This document shows, one piece after another, positions 23,701 through 34,548 of a stretch of 44,969 nt of DNA. The first letter of the stretch is position 1. Each line of letters starts with the position of its first letter. The notes beneath the pieces were generated by a model. It saw nothing but the letters and a program-made list of their open reading frames with translations, searched no databases and was not told the DNA's origin. Origin of the DNA: Atractiella rhizophila. Taxonomy: Eukaryota. The DNA is taken from NCBI GenBank assembly GCA_021432655.1, contig MU271300.1, positions 1 to 44,969 on the forward strand, read 5' to 3'. Position numbers and translations under genes: made by a program.

Positions 23701-25860
23701 AAGCTAAATGCCCTGAATTCGGCTAACCTATATGCCTAGCTTCTGCAACTGTTGGTACCGTGGAGCCTCGTTCGCTCGTTGAACCTTTGAGACGGATCAT
23801 TGCTCGACTACGAGGGCATTATCTCCAGGCCCGATGTGTGGATATCGACATGGCCAACCGACTTATCGAAGTGGAAACGATGACTGGATCTGCTGTTCGA
23901 GGAGAAACACCTGGACAGGTGAGTTGTCTTACACAGGCATGGAGCTATGGCTGATGCTTCCGCAGTATGAACGCTTTTATGTTCCTGTAAGTATACTTCA
24001 TATACATGATGAGAGATTCTGATCGCCTCGATACAGTACGATAAATGCGTTGTTGCCGTCGGCGCCATTTCGAATACCCACGGAATCCCAGGAGTTGAAC
24101 ATTGCTTTCAGCTGAAGACCATCAAGGATGCGCAGGAAATTCGACGGCGTATTCTGAACAACCTTGAGATGGCAGTGATGCCCAACACAACAACAGAGGA
24201 AAGAAAGGTATGCCATTGCATCGCTCGCCTCGACGTGTCCTAATTAATACAACGATAAGAAATTGTTAAGCTTCGTCATTTGTGGTGGAGGTATGCAAAC
24301 GGCAGTGTCAGTCTCATAGGCTAAAGGTATTTAGGTCCTACCGGTGTCGAGTTCGCGGCCGAGCTCTGTGACTTCATGAATGAGGATGTGATGCGTTTCG
24401 TGAGTGATTCTCCTGAAGAATAGCTGAAATTTAATTGCAATGGGTTTAAAAGCTGCCCAAGACAATCCGCAACGACGTAGAGATCACGGTCATCCAGTCC
24501 CGCGACCACCTTCTCAACACATATGCTCAGACAATTTCTGATTACGCTGAGAAGCGATTCGACCGCGAACACATCAACACCATCCTTAACTCTCGCGTGA
24601 AGGAAATCACGCAAGGGTCAGTCACCTATTCCACTAGGGCATCAGATGGAACGTGGACAGATTCTACTCTGCCTACTGGATTTGTGCTCTGGAGTACTGG
24701 TATTGGTGCGACCTCTGCTTATCATGTTGCACATCGCGTTAACGAAAGCGATAGGCATGAACCCAGTGACAAGGCGAATTGCAGATAAACTACCCAACCA
24801 AGCCCATTTGCACGCTCTGGAAGTGGACTCCCATTTGCGAGTAAAAGGCGCACCCTTGGGCAGTTTGTACGCTATTGGTGATTGTGCCACCCTCGAAACC
24901 AACCTCGTCAGCTATCTCCTGGATCTCGTCAAGCAGTGTGATGTTAATAACGATGGACACATTGATTTTGAGGAATTCGAGAAGATGATGGTCATCGTGA
25001 AGCGCAAGTTCCCGACCAGTGCGTCCCTTTTCTTTCCCCTCGCCCTCATTGTGGTTTATGTGACCGCACAGGCACCATCCATGTTGAGAAGATCAAAGAC
25101 GTCTTTGACCAATACGATCAAGATAAGAATGGGTCGCTGGACATGGACGAAATGACACATCTCTTCCAGGCCGTTTCCGCTGACATGACTTCTTTACCAG
25201 CTGTAAGCCACTTTTCCATCCATCGATAAAGTATGCCCTTGTTTCTTATCGTGAATGGTCAGACTGCCCAAGTCGCAAAGTGAGTATCCTTTACCTGATA
25301 TTCGTAACCTTTGCTCATTGATCGTTCAGTCAACAAGGCAAGTGGCTGGGTAAAAAACTTTCGAAGCTGGCAAAGAGCTCGAATAAGGAGCTTGCCAAGG
25401 AGGTGGACGACGTCGACGATATTGTTTCGGTGCGTTCTCTTCTCCACTGCACACCCAAACTGACCAGATGGCTAAGGATCCATTCGTATACAAACATCTC
25501 GGATCACTGGCTTACCTGGGCAACAGTGCTGTCTTCGACTTTGGTGGGAAAGGTATCTTCGACATTTCTTCACCATCCCTGCTCGCATACTGAAGAACAT
25601 CTGCAGGATTTGCTGGAGGTATCATTGCCATGTATCTTTGGCGTTCCATCTACTGGAGCGAACAAGTCTCGCTGAGGACACGAGCGATGTTGATGGTCGA
25701 TTGGTATGCATTTCCTTTCGNNNNNNNNNNNNNNNNNNNNNNNNNNNNNNNNNNNNNNNNNNNNNNNNNNNNNNNNNNNNNNNNNNNNNNNNNNNNNNNN
25801 NNNNNNNNNNNNNNNNNNNNNNNNNNNNNNNNNNNNNNNNNNNNNNNNNNNNNNNNNNNN
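20708..25860 (+). CDS. NDE1: Mitochondrial external type-II NAD(P)H dehydrogenase with EF-hands; internal 2039-bp duplication as assembled, last exon presumably in the N gap
   Basis: Arg-rich presequence, ERGGPKNLP, LVVLGGGWG, NYNLFTPLLPSATVGT, FVICGG|GPTGVEFAAEL, YAIGDC, EF-hands DVNNDGHIDFEE and DQDKNGSLDMDE, LPA|TAQVA|NQQG and YLWRSIYWSEQVSLRTR. Resembles the Neurospora Ca2+-binding NDE1 class. Confidence 0.92.
21228..25304. repeat. Direct tandem duplication, 2039-bp period (21228-23265 and 23267-25304)
   Basis: The ORF track repeats at +2039. The first ~1 kb appears identical and the remainder has scattered substitutions. A single A separates the copies at 23266. Confidence 0.97.
25721..25860. 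other. Assembly gap (140 N)
   Basis: Run of N immediately after a donor site (gtatgc, 25704) of the NADH dehydrogenase. Confidence 1.
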
Positions 25861-26501
25861 ACTCTTTCCTCTCACAAGCCATAATTATCAACTTATAATA
25901 GGTAGTCTTGCTAATCGACTTCCGCTTGAATAAGTGTGACGTGCTTAATGATCTGACGCCTCGACGAAACGGACAATAATCCTGCCTTCGTCGTTCTTTG
26001 CTCGTTTCTTATCTTCAAAATAGTCTAGGGGTGTGTAGTTGCGATTTGTGGGGATGGTCGTGTCAAAGAAGTGCAATAAAAGTACATCCGACATCCAGAA
26101 TGCCGTACATTCTTTGACGTTGAACGTGAACGGAACTTTGACCCGCTGGCTTTATTTGTGTTGAATGTTGAGCAAGTTGAGAGTTGGAGAGAGTGACGCG
26201 GGTCGTGCGATGTTGGACGAAGACTTGAAAAGGTGGTACATGACGGATGGGTTTTGTCCTGTACTTATATTCGAGCATTATCCGGGTTTCGAAACAGGTA
26301 CTTAGTTCCCTTCTGTGCCTCTTGACGAAACCTGTGAACAGTTATGGACGACGACTTTGGAACAAAACTTTTCTACCAATCTGACGATGTTGCTTTAGAG
26401 GTGTGTGGGGATGGCGACGCAGGCTTGAAACTGTTCCATATGACACTGCAAAAATGACGGTTGCTCTGAACAAGGATGAATGGATTTCAGAGATCTAAAC
26501 T

Positions 26502-27113
26502 CTATGCTGTCGGTCGAACAGCTGCAGGATCGTCCCTTCCGGCATAAAAGGATTCCATGAACGTGGTCGGTTGGGCTGAAAGAGCACGGATAAGTGAAAT
26601 GCGGCTTCAGAGCAGTAAAGATATTACCAGGTGCCTGCACGCAAACATGTTAAATTTTGTGGAAAATCAAAACACAAGAGGGAAGACGTACCTCCTCAGC
26701 CGCGAACCAACGCATAACATGAGTGTCCATCTTCCAAAGGTTTAGAGTCTCCTGAAACTCCTGATGCCCCTTCAAAAGGAGTACATCCACGGCTTCAAGG
26801 TCCTTCACCTCCTTGTATTTGTCGAATTCACTCCGAATCTTCGCCCGGATGACGGAGGGAGGAAAAGGGAGCGCATAGAGGGATACAATCTCCGGTGCAG
26901 CTGTTAGATATTATCCTGAGCGGCTGTATTCAGGAGATTGGCCCGCATACCTCGGTACCAGTCGCGATAGAGGCCACGAACTCTTGCCCTCGCAACTGGC
27001 CAGGAACCTGAGAACCCAATCAATTTTTGCGATAATGTACCATGCAGATGCTTACCTGAGACTTGGGCGGCTCTCGCGAGCCTTGAAGGGATTGCGGAAG
27101 AGAGAGCTGACAT
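26502..27113 (-). CDS. NDUFA6: Complex I accessory LYR subunit B14 / 14.8 kDa
   Basis: MSALSSAIPSRLARAAQV..ARARVRGLYRDWYR..APEIVSLYAL..IRAKIRSEF..VDVLLLKGHQEFQETLNLWKMDTHVMRWFAAEE|AP|AQPTTFMESFYAGRDDPAAVRPTA*. Confidence 0.94.
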
Positions 27114-27188
27114 GGAAGGCAAGTTTCGGCAGAAAAGGTGATGGAAGTTTCGACAGATGTCACGTGTACCCTGAGGGGAAACTTGATG

Positions 27189-28799
27189 AGTAAGCATTCA
27201 AAATCTTCCCCAAAAGACAACGACCATCAGCAGAAGCAGAAACTCGGTTTCAAGGGAATCAGGTCTATCTCAGGACTTTTCCCTTCTCGCGAGGGGATAA
27301 TTCTCTTTTCCCAGGCTCATAGGGCACGCGAAAGCGCAACCGAAGGCTAAAGAACAGAGTTTTATTCAACTCAGTCCTTTCCATCCCATCCCTCCCTTCC
27401 GTCCATCTCTGGTCAGATCGAATCTCAGACGTCGAGGAGACAATCGGAAATCATTGGCTGTGGTGGAATAAGTGGCGATATTCGAAAGGTACGTCTTGTC
27501 CTCGCGATTAAGGAGTTGTGTGGTCTGCGGTTCGGTCTGTTCCGGGTGAGCGCGCTGACTTGTCCTTCCCCTTTCTCCCGATCAATTTAGGATCGTCGCC
27601 ATTTGACCATCAGAATCAGTTTCTCGAGACCTCTCCCACCTGTCGGGATCGAAAACCGTACTCCCATCTCTTGTTACGACCGTTGCACGCCCTTCGGTGG
27701 CAACAATCCAACCCATCGCCGAAGGCTAGCTCTTCTTCTCTCCTTTGTAAATCAATTGAATCCACACCACAAATCGCCTATTCGCGCATAACGACCAAAC
27801 CACACCAAATTCTTTTCCTTTCAGAGGCTTGATATTCGTTTCAATAACACCAAGGCTTATTTCCGCTTGCAACAACACTCATCACGACCTTCTTCACGCT
27901 GTTTTATTTCCTCGTTTTTGAATCTTCTAGCTTTCGCTGATCATTTCAGTCCTTTTCCTCAAAACCTGTTCAAACCTTCTATTCTCGAATCTTTGCGAGT
28001 CTGTCACATCATATCCCTCTTCGGTTCCGATTCAGTAAAGCGGTCGAAAGCAATAAAAACTTGTCTCCCTTTCATTTTGTCTTTTCTTTCTTTAAGTAAA
28101 TCTCTTCGTCACAAAAAAGCAGAAAATTAAATCAGTTATTGGTTATAACGGTTCTAGCGCTTTTTTGAGATTTTTGGCTTCGAACTTGGTCTGCTGTTTG
28201 GGTTCCCTATAACTTCGCATTATATCGGCTTGTGACGCGTCTCTTCTTATCTCAGGTCTATCGTACGTCCGTTTCCTCTTTGAATTGTGGCAGCTGTTAA
28301 CATTTCACGACGGAACAGGATTTCTTTATTCGCATAGAATAACTTTCATACCTCCACCTCACACATTTTTTCAAGCCTTCGACCTAACGTCTCAGAAGTA
28401 CTCGCTTTTGGTAAACGTCATCCCGAATCAATCTGGCGTCGACAATTCCTTCTCGCGATCTCTGAGGCACCTCAACACATTCATCAGGTCCAACCGGACC
28501 AATAGGGCGACAGCTCTCCTCGAGACGGAGAAGAAGTCTAGACATCTGTAGCTCTCTGTCCCCATCACACTTTTTATCTTTATAAAAGAGCCCGCTCCAT
28601 CAGTTATTAATTCAGCGGGACCCTTACCTATTTCTTTCACTCCGATTATTGCCACCATCTCGGTAATCGTCTCAACTTCGCTCGTTGTTCGGAGACACTC
28701 ACGAAAAGAAGCCCTTCGAACCACGGACCGCTTTTCTGGAGTTGTAGCTTTCGGTAGCCTCGTTTGGAGTCACAGTCAATTGATTTCACCAATTTCAAG
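27189..28799 (+). promoter_or_regulatory. Promoter and long ATG-free 5' leader of the cyclin gene, with two putative UTR introns
   Basis: Manual scan found no + strand ATG in 1611 nt. Intron-like segments at 27489-27590 (gtacgt..gctgac..ttag) and 28263-28318 (gtacgt..gttaac..acag). Confidence 0.7.
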
Positions 28800-30954
28800 A
28801 TGACGCATCCATACAACAATCCTTCCCCACTCGCGGTCGCCGATATGTTGCCCCCAGGCATATGGTCACCAGCCGTGCCAGGTTCTGGTCAGGCCGACTA
28901 CTTCTTCTATCACCCTTCGCAACCTTCTGCTTTCGCGCCGCACCGAACTTGGAGCAGGAACGTTTGGTCGCCTCCCACGTCCACGGGTGGTCATCAACCT
29001 CCTCCATACGGCTTTTTCAACACGTCCCTTCCCCCTGCCTTTCAGCCGCAACTCCCAACGCAGCAACAAAGGAACGCGATGAAGTGGCAACCGAGTTGGA
29101 ATACTCCCTCAAATACGAGGAACATTGGGATGCAGACTGCAACTCAGCCACAGCAACAGCAACAGCAGATGTTTGTTCATAATCATGGACAGCCATCTCA
29201 AACCCCTTGCTACGCTCCTCTCATGTCTCACAGGATGCCAGCAGCTCGACCGTTCAAGTTCCATCCTCAGTTTCAACAGAACGCCCGAACCTATCAATCA
29301 CCCCCATTCGGGATGGGACTCGCGGTCGCACCAGCATATGCTGCCGCTGGAGCGATGTTTTACGATCCCCCTGCCAATCCTCCCCCTGGATTCGGATACC
29401 CCCACACCAATGGAGCAATGCAACCTCCGCCGCCTTACCGTCCTTTTGAGTATCAACAACGATATTATACCCAGGCACCCGTCGTCGACGATAAAGTTGT
29501 GGGAGCATATGCTTTCCAGTTTCACTCTCGGCCTGCCCCTCCCCCAGAAGTTGACAACAGCCCTTGGGATCATGATGTCGAATATTCACAGCCGTTTAGG
29601 TTGCAGGAGAATGGACCAATGGGTATCACAGCGCAAAAGAATGCAGGTTTCGGAGTCGTCGGTGATGGAAGAGAGCGGACGACTGTCGGACACCCGGTGC
29701 AAGTGGAGGGATTAGGACCATTCCCAGTGGATGAGTACGATTCTGGTAGTTGGGACAGGTACAACAACAATGCTTATGGTATGCTTTGTTCTCTCGCATC
29801 CATTCATAGCACACTAATGATTGTATGTGACAGATGAACACGAGAATACCTATGCTAGGTCGAGGAACGCAAGAGCTCCTGCACCGCTGCCTGAACCCTA
29901 CGTCGAATATCAGCTTGTGCCCACAAACGTCAACCCAGTCCTCCCTCCTCCTCCAATTGAAAATTCGGCCGTTCCTCTGTCGTCCTTTGCAGCAGATTTG
30001 ATATGGAGCTTCTGTTGTTCGGCATATGAAAAGCGCCACTTTGTTCAAGTTCCCGCGAAAACCACCGTCTATACCCCTTTTGGCGTTATCGGCCAGGAGA
30101 CTGCTACGAGGAGGAATTCAATGTCGGAATGTGCCAGTGTCCTCACTTCTCCTGCCAGCACTGCTCCTGGAACTCCTGTGGATCAGAACGTCATGATTCC
30201 CTCGGGAGATATCAAGGCAAAGACTGAGGACGAGCCGTCGGTTTTCCCAGAAGACTTTGTCTATTCTCCCACGACCGATGTCAAATTTAAGGCGTTCGCC
30301 AAAAAGATCCTTACCCAGACTCTGCTTACACCCACGGTTTTACTCCTCGCCTTGTCCTACGTCGAGAGGGTCACCACGAGCCAGAATTATCCGAAAGAAC
30401 TGGAGTCTCCATACAGACTCCTCGTTGTCGCTCTCATGACCGCCAACAAAATCCTCGACGACAATAGTTATAGATCGGAGACATTCGCGATGATTTCGAC
30501 TTTTACGCTGTCGAAGTTGGACTCTTGGGAAGCGAGCTTCCTAAAAGTTCTCGACTTTAAATTGAACTTGGACAGGTCAGAATGGGCATGTTGGGTGAAC
30601 CAGGTGATCGACAAGAAAAGGCAGTCGTGTGAGAAGGACACAAGAGGAGACGAGTTGTTGGCCGAGGCGTTGGAAGCTGCCGAGAAAGACGCGTCGACGA
30701 AGAAAGCAAAGAAGGAGCACCCATTCGTAGGACAGCTTCTGTTCCCAATCTTCGATAACCCAGTTGAGGGCGAAGATCTTGATGACGAGGAAGGGCCTAT
30801 CAAGTCGCCTCACAGACTGAAGAAGCGAACGACGTCGGACACCAAGCATACCCTTTCGAGATTCGGTGAAGACTTAACAAACCATATTCCCAGATTGTAC
30901 GTCGATAACTACCTCTTTACGCACTCAGCTGACTCCTGCTGTAACAGCGTCTGA
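28800..30954 (+). CDS. Pho85-type (Pcl/Clg1-like) cyclin with long P/Q-rich N-terminal low-complexity region
   Basis: Cyclin box KILTQTLLTPTVLLLALSYVER..YRLLVVALMTANKILDDNSY..WEASFLKVLDFKLNL. Intron 29779-29834 joins the two ORFs in frame. Confidence 0.85.
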
Positions 30955-31776
30955 TTCATTTGCGCCGTCAATGTAGCATTAGTATCCCCAGCATTTTTCA
31001 GTTCATGTCTCTAGTGCCCGTTTGGTTCCATCCAGGAAAACAAGAAAAACGTGGAGAAAAAAAGGATAAACGAAGGGTTTCAAACACTATTACCTGTTAA
31101 TTGCCTCTTGTCTATGAGATTGTGGCTATTGATTGCTTCGTTCCCGAATCACGTGTTCACTTATCTAGTTCTTACGTCCCCACGTTCTTTCTTACACTCT
31201 TTGGCTGGTTACCACAGTATCGTTTTCAGACTCATGCCTGCTGCATCGTAGTTTACTTCACTTTCCCATTCCATGGACGCCAACCTTTCGAGTGGGTTTC
31301 TGAAGTAGCATCTGTCTTTCGCAAGAGCTGCTCGTTTTGAGCTCTACGTTATGTTCTGGTATGTTTCCTGTGCAATTGTGAATTATGAACGGTGCCTGCA
31401 CAGAACCTGCTGAGGCTATACCTCGATGCTCCCTACTGTATTGTAACTGCCCCACTGTCCTTCACAGGAACTGGAGGCGACCGGATCAAACAAAATTCAA
31501 ACAGTTGAGCTCCTTCAGTGGAAAAATAAATATTAAATCAGGATCAATCACAACCGCACCTCCCTTATCCTTCCACTAGCTTCCACGGGTGTGTTTTGAA
31601 AGAATTGACGAGGCTGCATTGAGTTCGCAGATCGGAAGCCTGAACCGAACTTTCCCACTCTGGTGCCAGGATTTTGGTAGAAAGCAACGCGGGCGAAGTT
31701 GGCTGCAAAACAAAAGTGCTCTGTCTTTTCTCTCTTTCCGACTCCTCAAGCACTTACCAGAGATTAGGGCTGGAGA

Positions 31777-34548
31777 ATGTATTATCGACCCTATTCCCAT
31801 AACCATCATCACTGGAGCTCACTCCCACGAGCTTTAGAAGATCTACCCTCCAGTCCCCAGCCTTCAAATGATAACAGCTCTTCAAGTTCTTATCCCACGA
31901 CGTCGGCTTCCTATCCAATCAATCATGTGCATCCTTCCATATCCCAACTTGAGGCCGTCTTCCTACAAAGCATCGGACTGCCGCCATCGCCATCCTCTGT
32001 CACACCGCCCCGAGCGAACACACCACGTCTTCGTGAAGCCCTCGAAGTGTGTGATCAATGTATCGATGACGCCGCTGAATGCATCTGGTCGGGCTCAAAT
32101 GAACCAAAAGTCGTTGCATGTCAACGCTGTTTACGACTGAAACAGAGATGCACTTCTGAGTATTATTTATTGCTTGCCAATACAAGGAATGAACGGCAGA
32201 CCAATAAATTGTTCGTCCCCACACGATCCTTTGATCTACCTCCAGCCATCGAATTTTAATGATTTGCAGGTCTTTAGAAGAAGAAATCCAGCAAATTCTG
32301 GCTTCTGTCCAAGATTCGAGCTTTCAGGCTCAGGGTCCCCCATTGAAGAAAAGATTTCGCTCGTTGTACCGTCAAGCTGAAGATTCGAACTTGCGACCTA
32401 GCAGTTCCTCAAATCGGCTGAAGGATGTTGAGCTAGCCAAGAGCTTGAGCTTTGAGCTTGTCAATGAGAGGTATGCAGCACTTAACAAACTTCCTCTTTG
32501 ACAGAAGCCGCAGTTTGACACGACAGCCCGAATTGTAGGTGCAGTTAACTCTTAACCAATACTAACAAAACTGCAGTATGTTTCTGCCTTTATATGAGGA
32601 CCTACCCAAAGCGTTCTGGGACAGTGGTCTCAATCCCAAGAAGATGGGAAAGCATGCGTCCGTCTCCTTCCTTTCATTCCACCTTTTGACTTTTTTTCTC
32701 TAGCGACGTAATTATCGCGACTTTATGTGCCCGAGGTGAGTTCAAGTACAAGGTACAAGTGTCTGTGCTAAAACCATACCAGGTTCCATGTCTTCTACCC
32801 ATTCTTCAATTATGCCACAAGGGTCGCCTTCCTTAGCAACTCTAAAGCTGGAAGGAGACTTACGACAATATGGGGAAATACGACAATCGAAGGTGGAAGC
32901 CCTAGTCAACTACACATTAGAGCTAGTGGAAAGTTCCGGCCTTTTACGGGAGAGTAGTCTTGAGGGCCTCATTGCCATTGGTCGGTGCCGGTAGGATTCA
33001 GAGTCGCGCAGTTTTGATGTTTTGGTCCACAGAAAATCTAATCCAACTCCTTGTTTGTGAGTTCTCAATAAGCCGTGGCTGTCGATTTCTTGACGATCTC
33101 AATTGTAGGGTGCATGGGACGATATGAACAGATTGCTCTCCGCTTGCTCATTTTCCACGTTCAGCAGTACCGTGAGCTCGTGGAACAGGACCGGATTTCG
33201 AGTCGCTTGAAAGAGCTATTTTGTCAAGATATTTTTGTGTGTTTGCTAATTTCCCTTAGCCCAGCCTAAAATAATCACTCGTGGTGCAGATCCGTGACTC
33301 TCAAATTGCAGGGAGGATGCGCCGCGCTCCATTGCTGTCAGCACATTTCCTCGTATCCTGATATGAGCTTGAAGGGTGACGCAGAAAGGATGAAGACATT
33401 CAATGGATGATGGGAGGAACACGTTTTCAGCTCGAAACCTTCACCACTAGGTAAAACACTGTCCTCCTGTCTAGGATTATTTGTAACAGTGTTCGATCCA
33501 GTGCCTTCATTCAGACCTTAGATCCCGCAAGTTTTCATCATCACATTCTCCAATGTAACCACGCTGCGTTGGACCGAGAACTTCTCACTTTGAGTGCGTT
33601 TTCGAACGTTACATGAAACTCTCCGCTCATGACAAATAGGTTCAAGGTTAGCGAACTCGGATTCGGCAACCGCAGAAGGGATTCTCGAAGATATGTTCTC
33701 TCGCTGGTCCCGATTCGATGTTTGGTTGGAGTTACATTATGCACAAGCTGGTAGAAAGATCGGCCCTGAAAATGTACCTGAAGGCATGTGGGATGGGTGA
33801 GAGATTCCGTCCACTCCCCTCATGTTCATGAGCTTATGAGGTCCTTTTAGTTTGCGACCACTGCATACTTTTGCGTTCCAAAGTCGCATGCTTTTTGAAT
33901 ACTTCTCTGACGTCGATTGGGCACAATCGAAGTTCAACTCATTCCCATTGATCATGAGATGGTCGAAAACGAAGAAACTCGTTGCTCAACTGATTCACAG
34001 CCTTGCTGCCAAACTACGAATGCATCTAGACGTGATATTCTCTTGATTCTTCTTGCAAAGACACACTGAGCGACGTTTAGAATGCTGGCCCGGTCGGAAC
34101 TCCAGCAAGTAATGCACGCGTGACAGCGTGTTGGACCCTCACACGCTTACCAGGAGGAACGTCCTATATTGCGCGGTATATTCTCCAGTTTGTCTACTTC
34201 GCGAGACCCTGTCTTATGTCCAATGGCAGCTATCTCGACGACGAAGACGATGGTTTCAGTCGTACACAGAAGCTGGAAGATATCGGATGGATCCTGGAAT
34301 GTGTGATCTGTTTATCCAACGTATGAGCCGCTGAACTGATGGACATTCTGTTAGCAATGCGACCTACAGGTTTTTTAAACGCTAGATATGGAGAATGGTC
34401 CACCGTGCTGGAGGAATCTCTGACGAGAGCGCTCACTTTGGCTCCCGAGAGCTCGTTATCAGAAAGGAAGAATGACAGGGAAAGAGAAATCGTTCCTATG
34501 CATAAAAAAAGAAAACACCATGAAGGTGAAGGGTGCGAGACACAGTAA
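31777..34548 (+). CDS. Multi-exon protein with an atypical Zn2Cys6 cluster (putative transcription factor); TGA at 34324 in this copy
   Basis: CDQC-x6-C-x12-CQRC-x6-C at 32050-32151, then many short exons bounded by GT..AG. Internal exon structure was only partly resolved. Confidence 0.6.

Noticed and set aside
25570..25933. ORFs containing X runs
   Set aside because: Artefacts of translating through the N gap.
34324..34326. Selenocysteine, TGA=Trp recoding or A-to-I stop editing
   Set aside because: TGA serves as a normal stop in other genes here and the second copy has genomic TGG, so a point mutation explains it.
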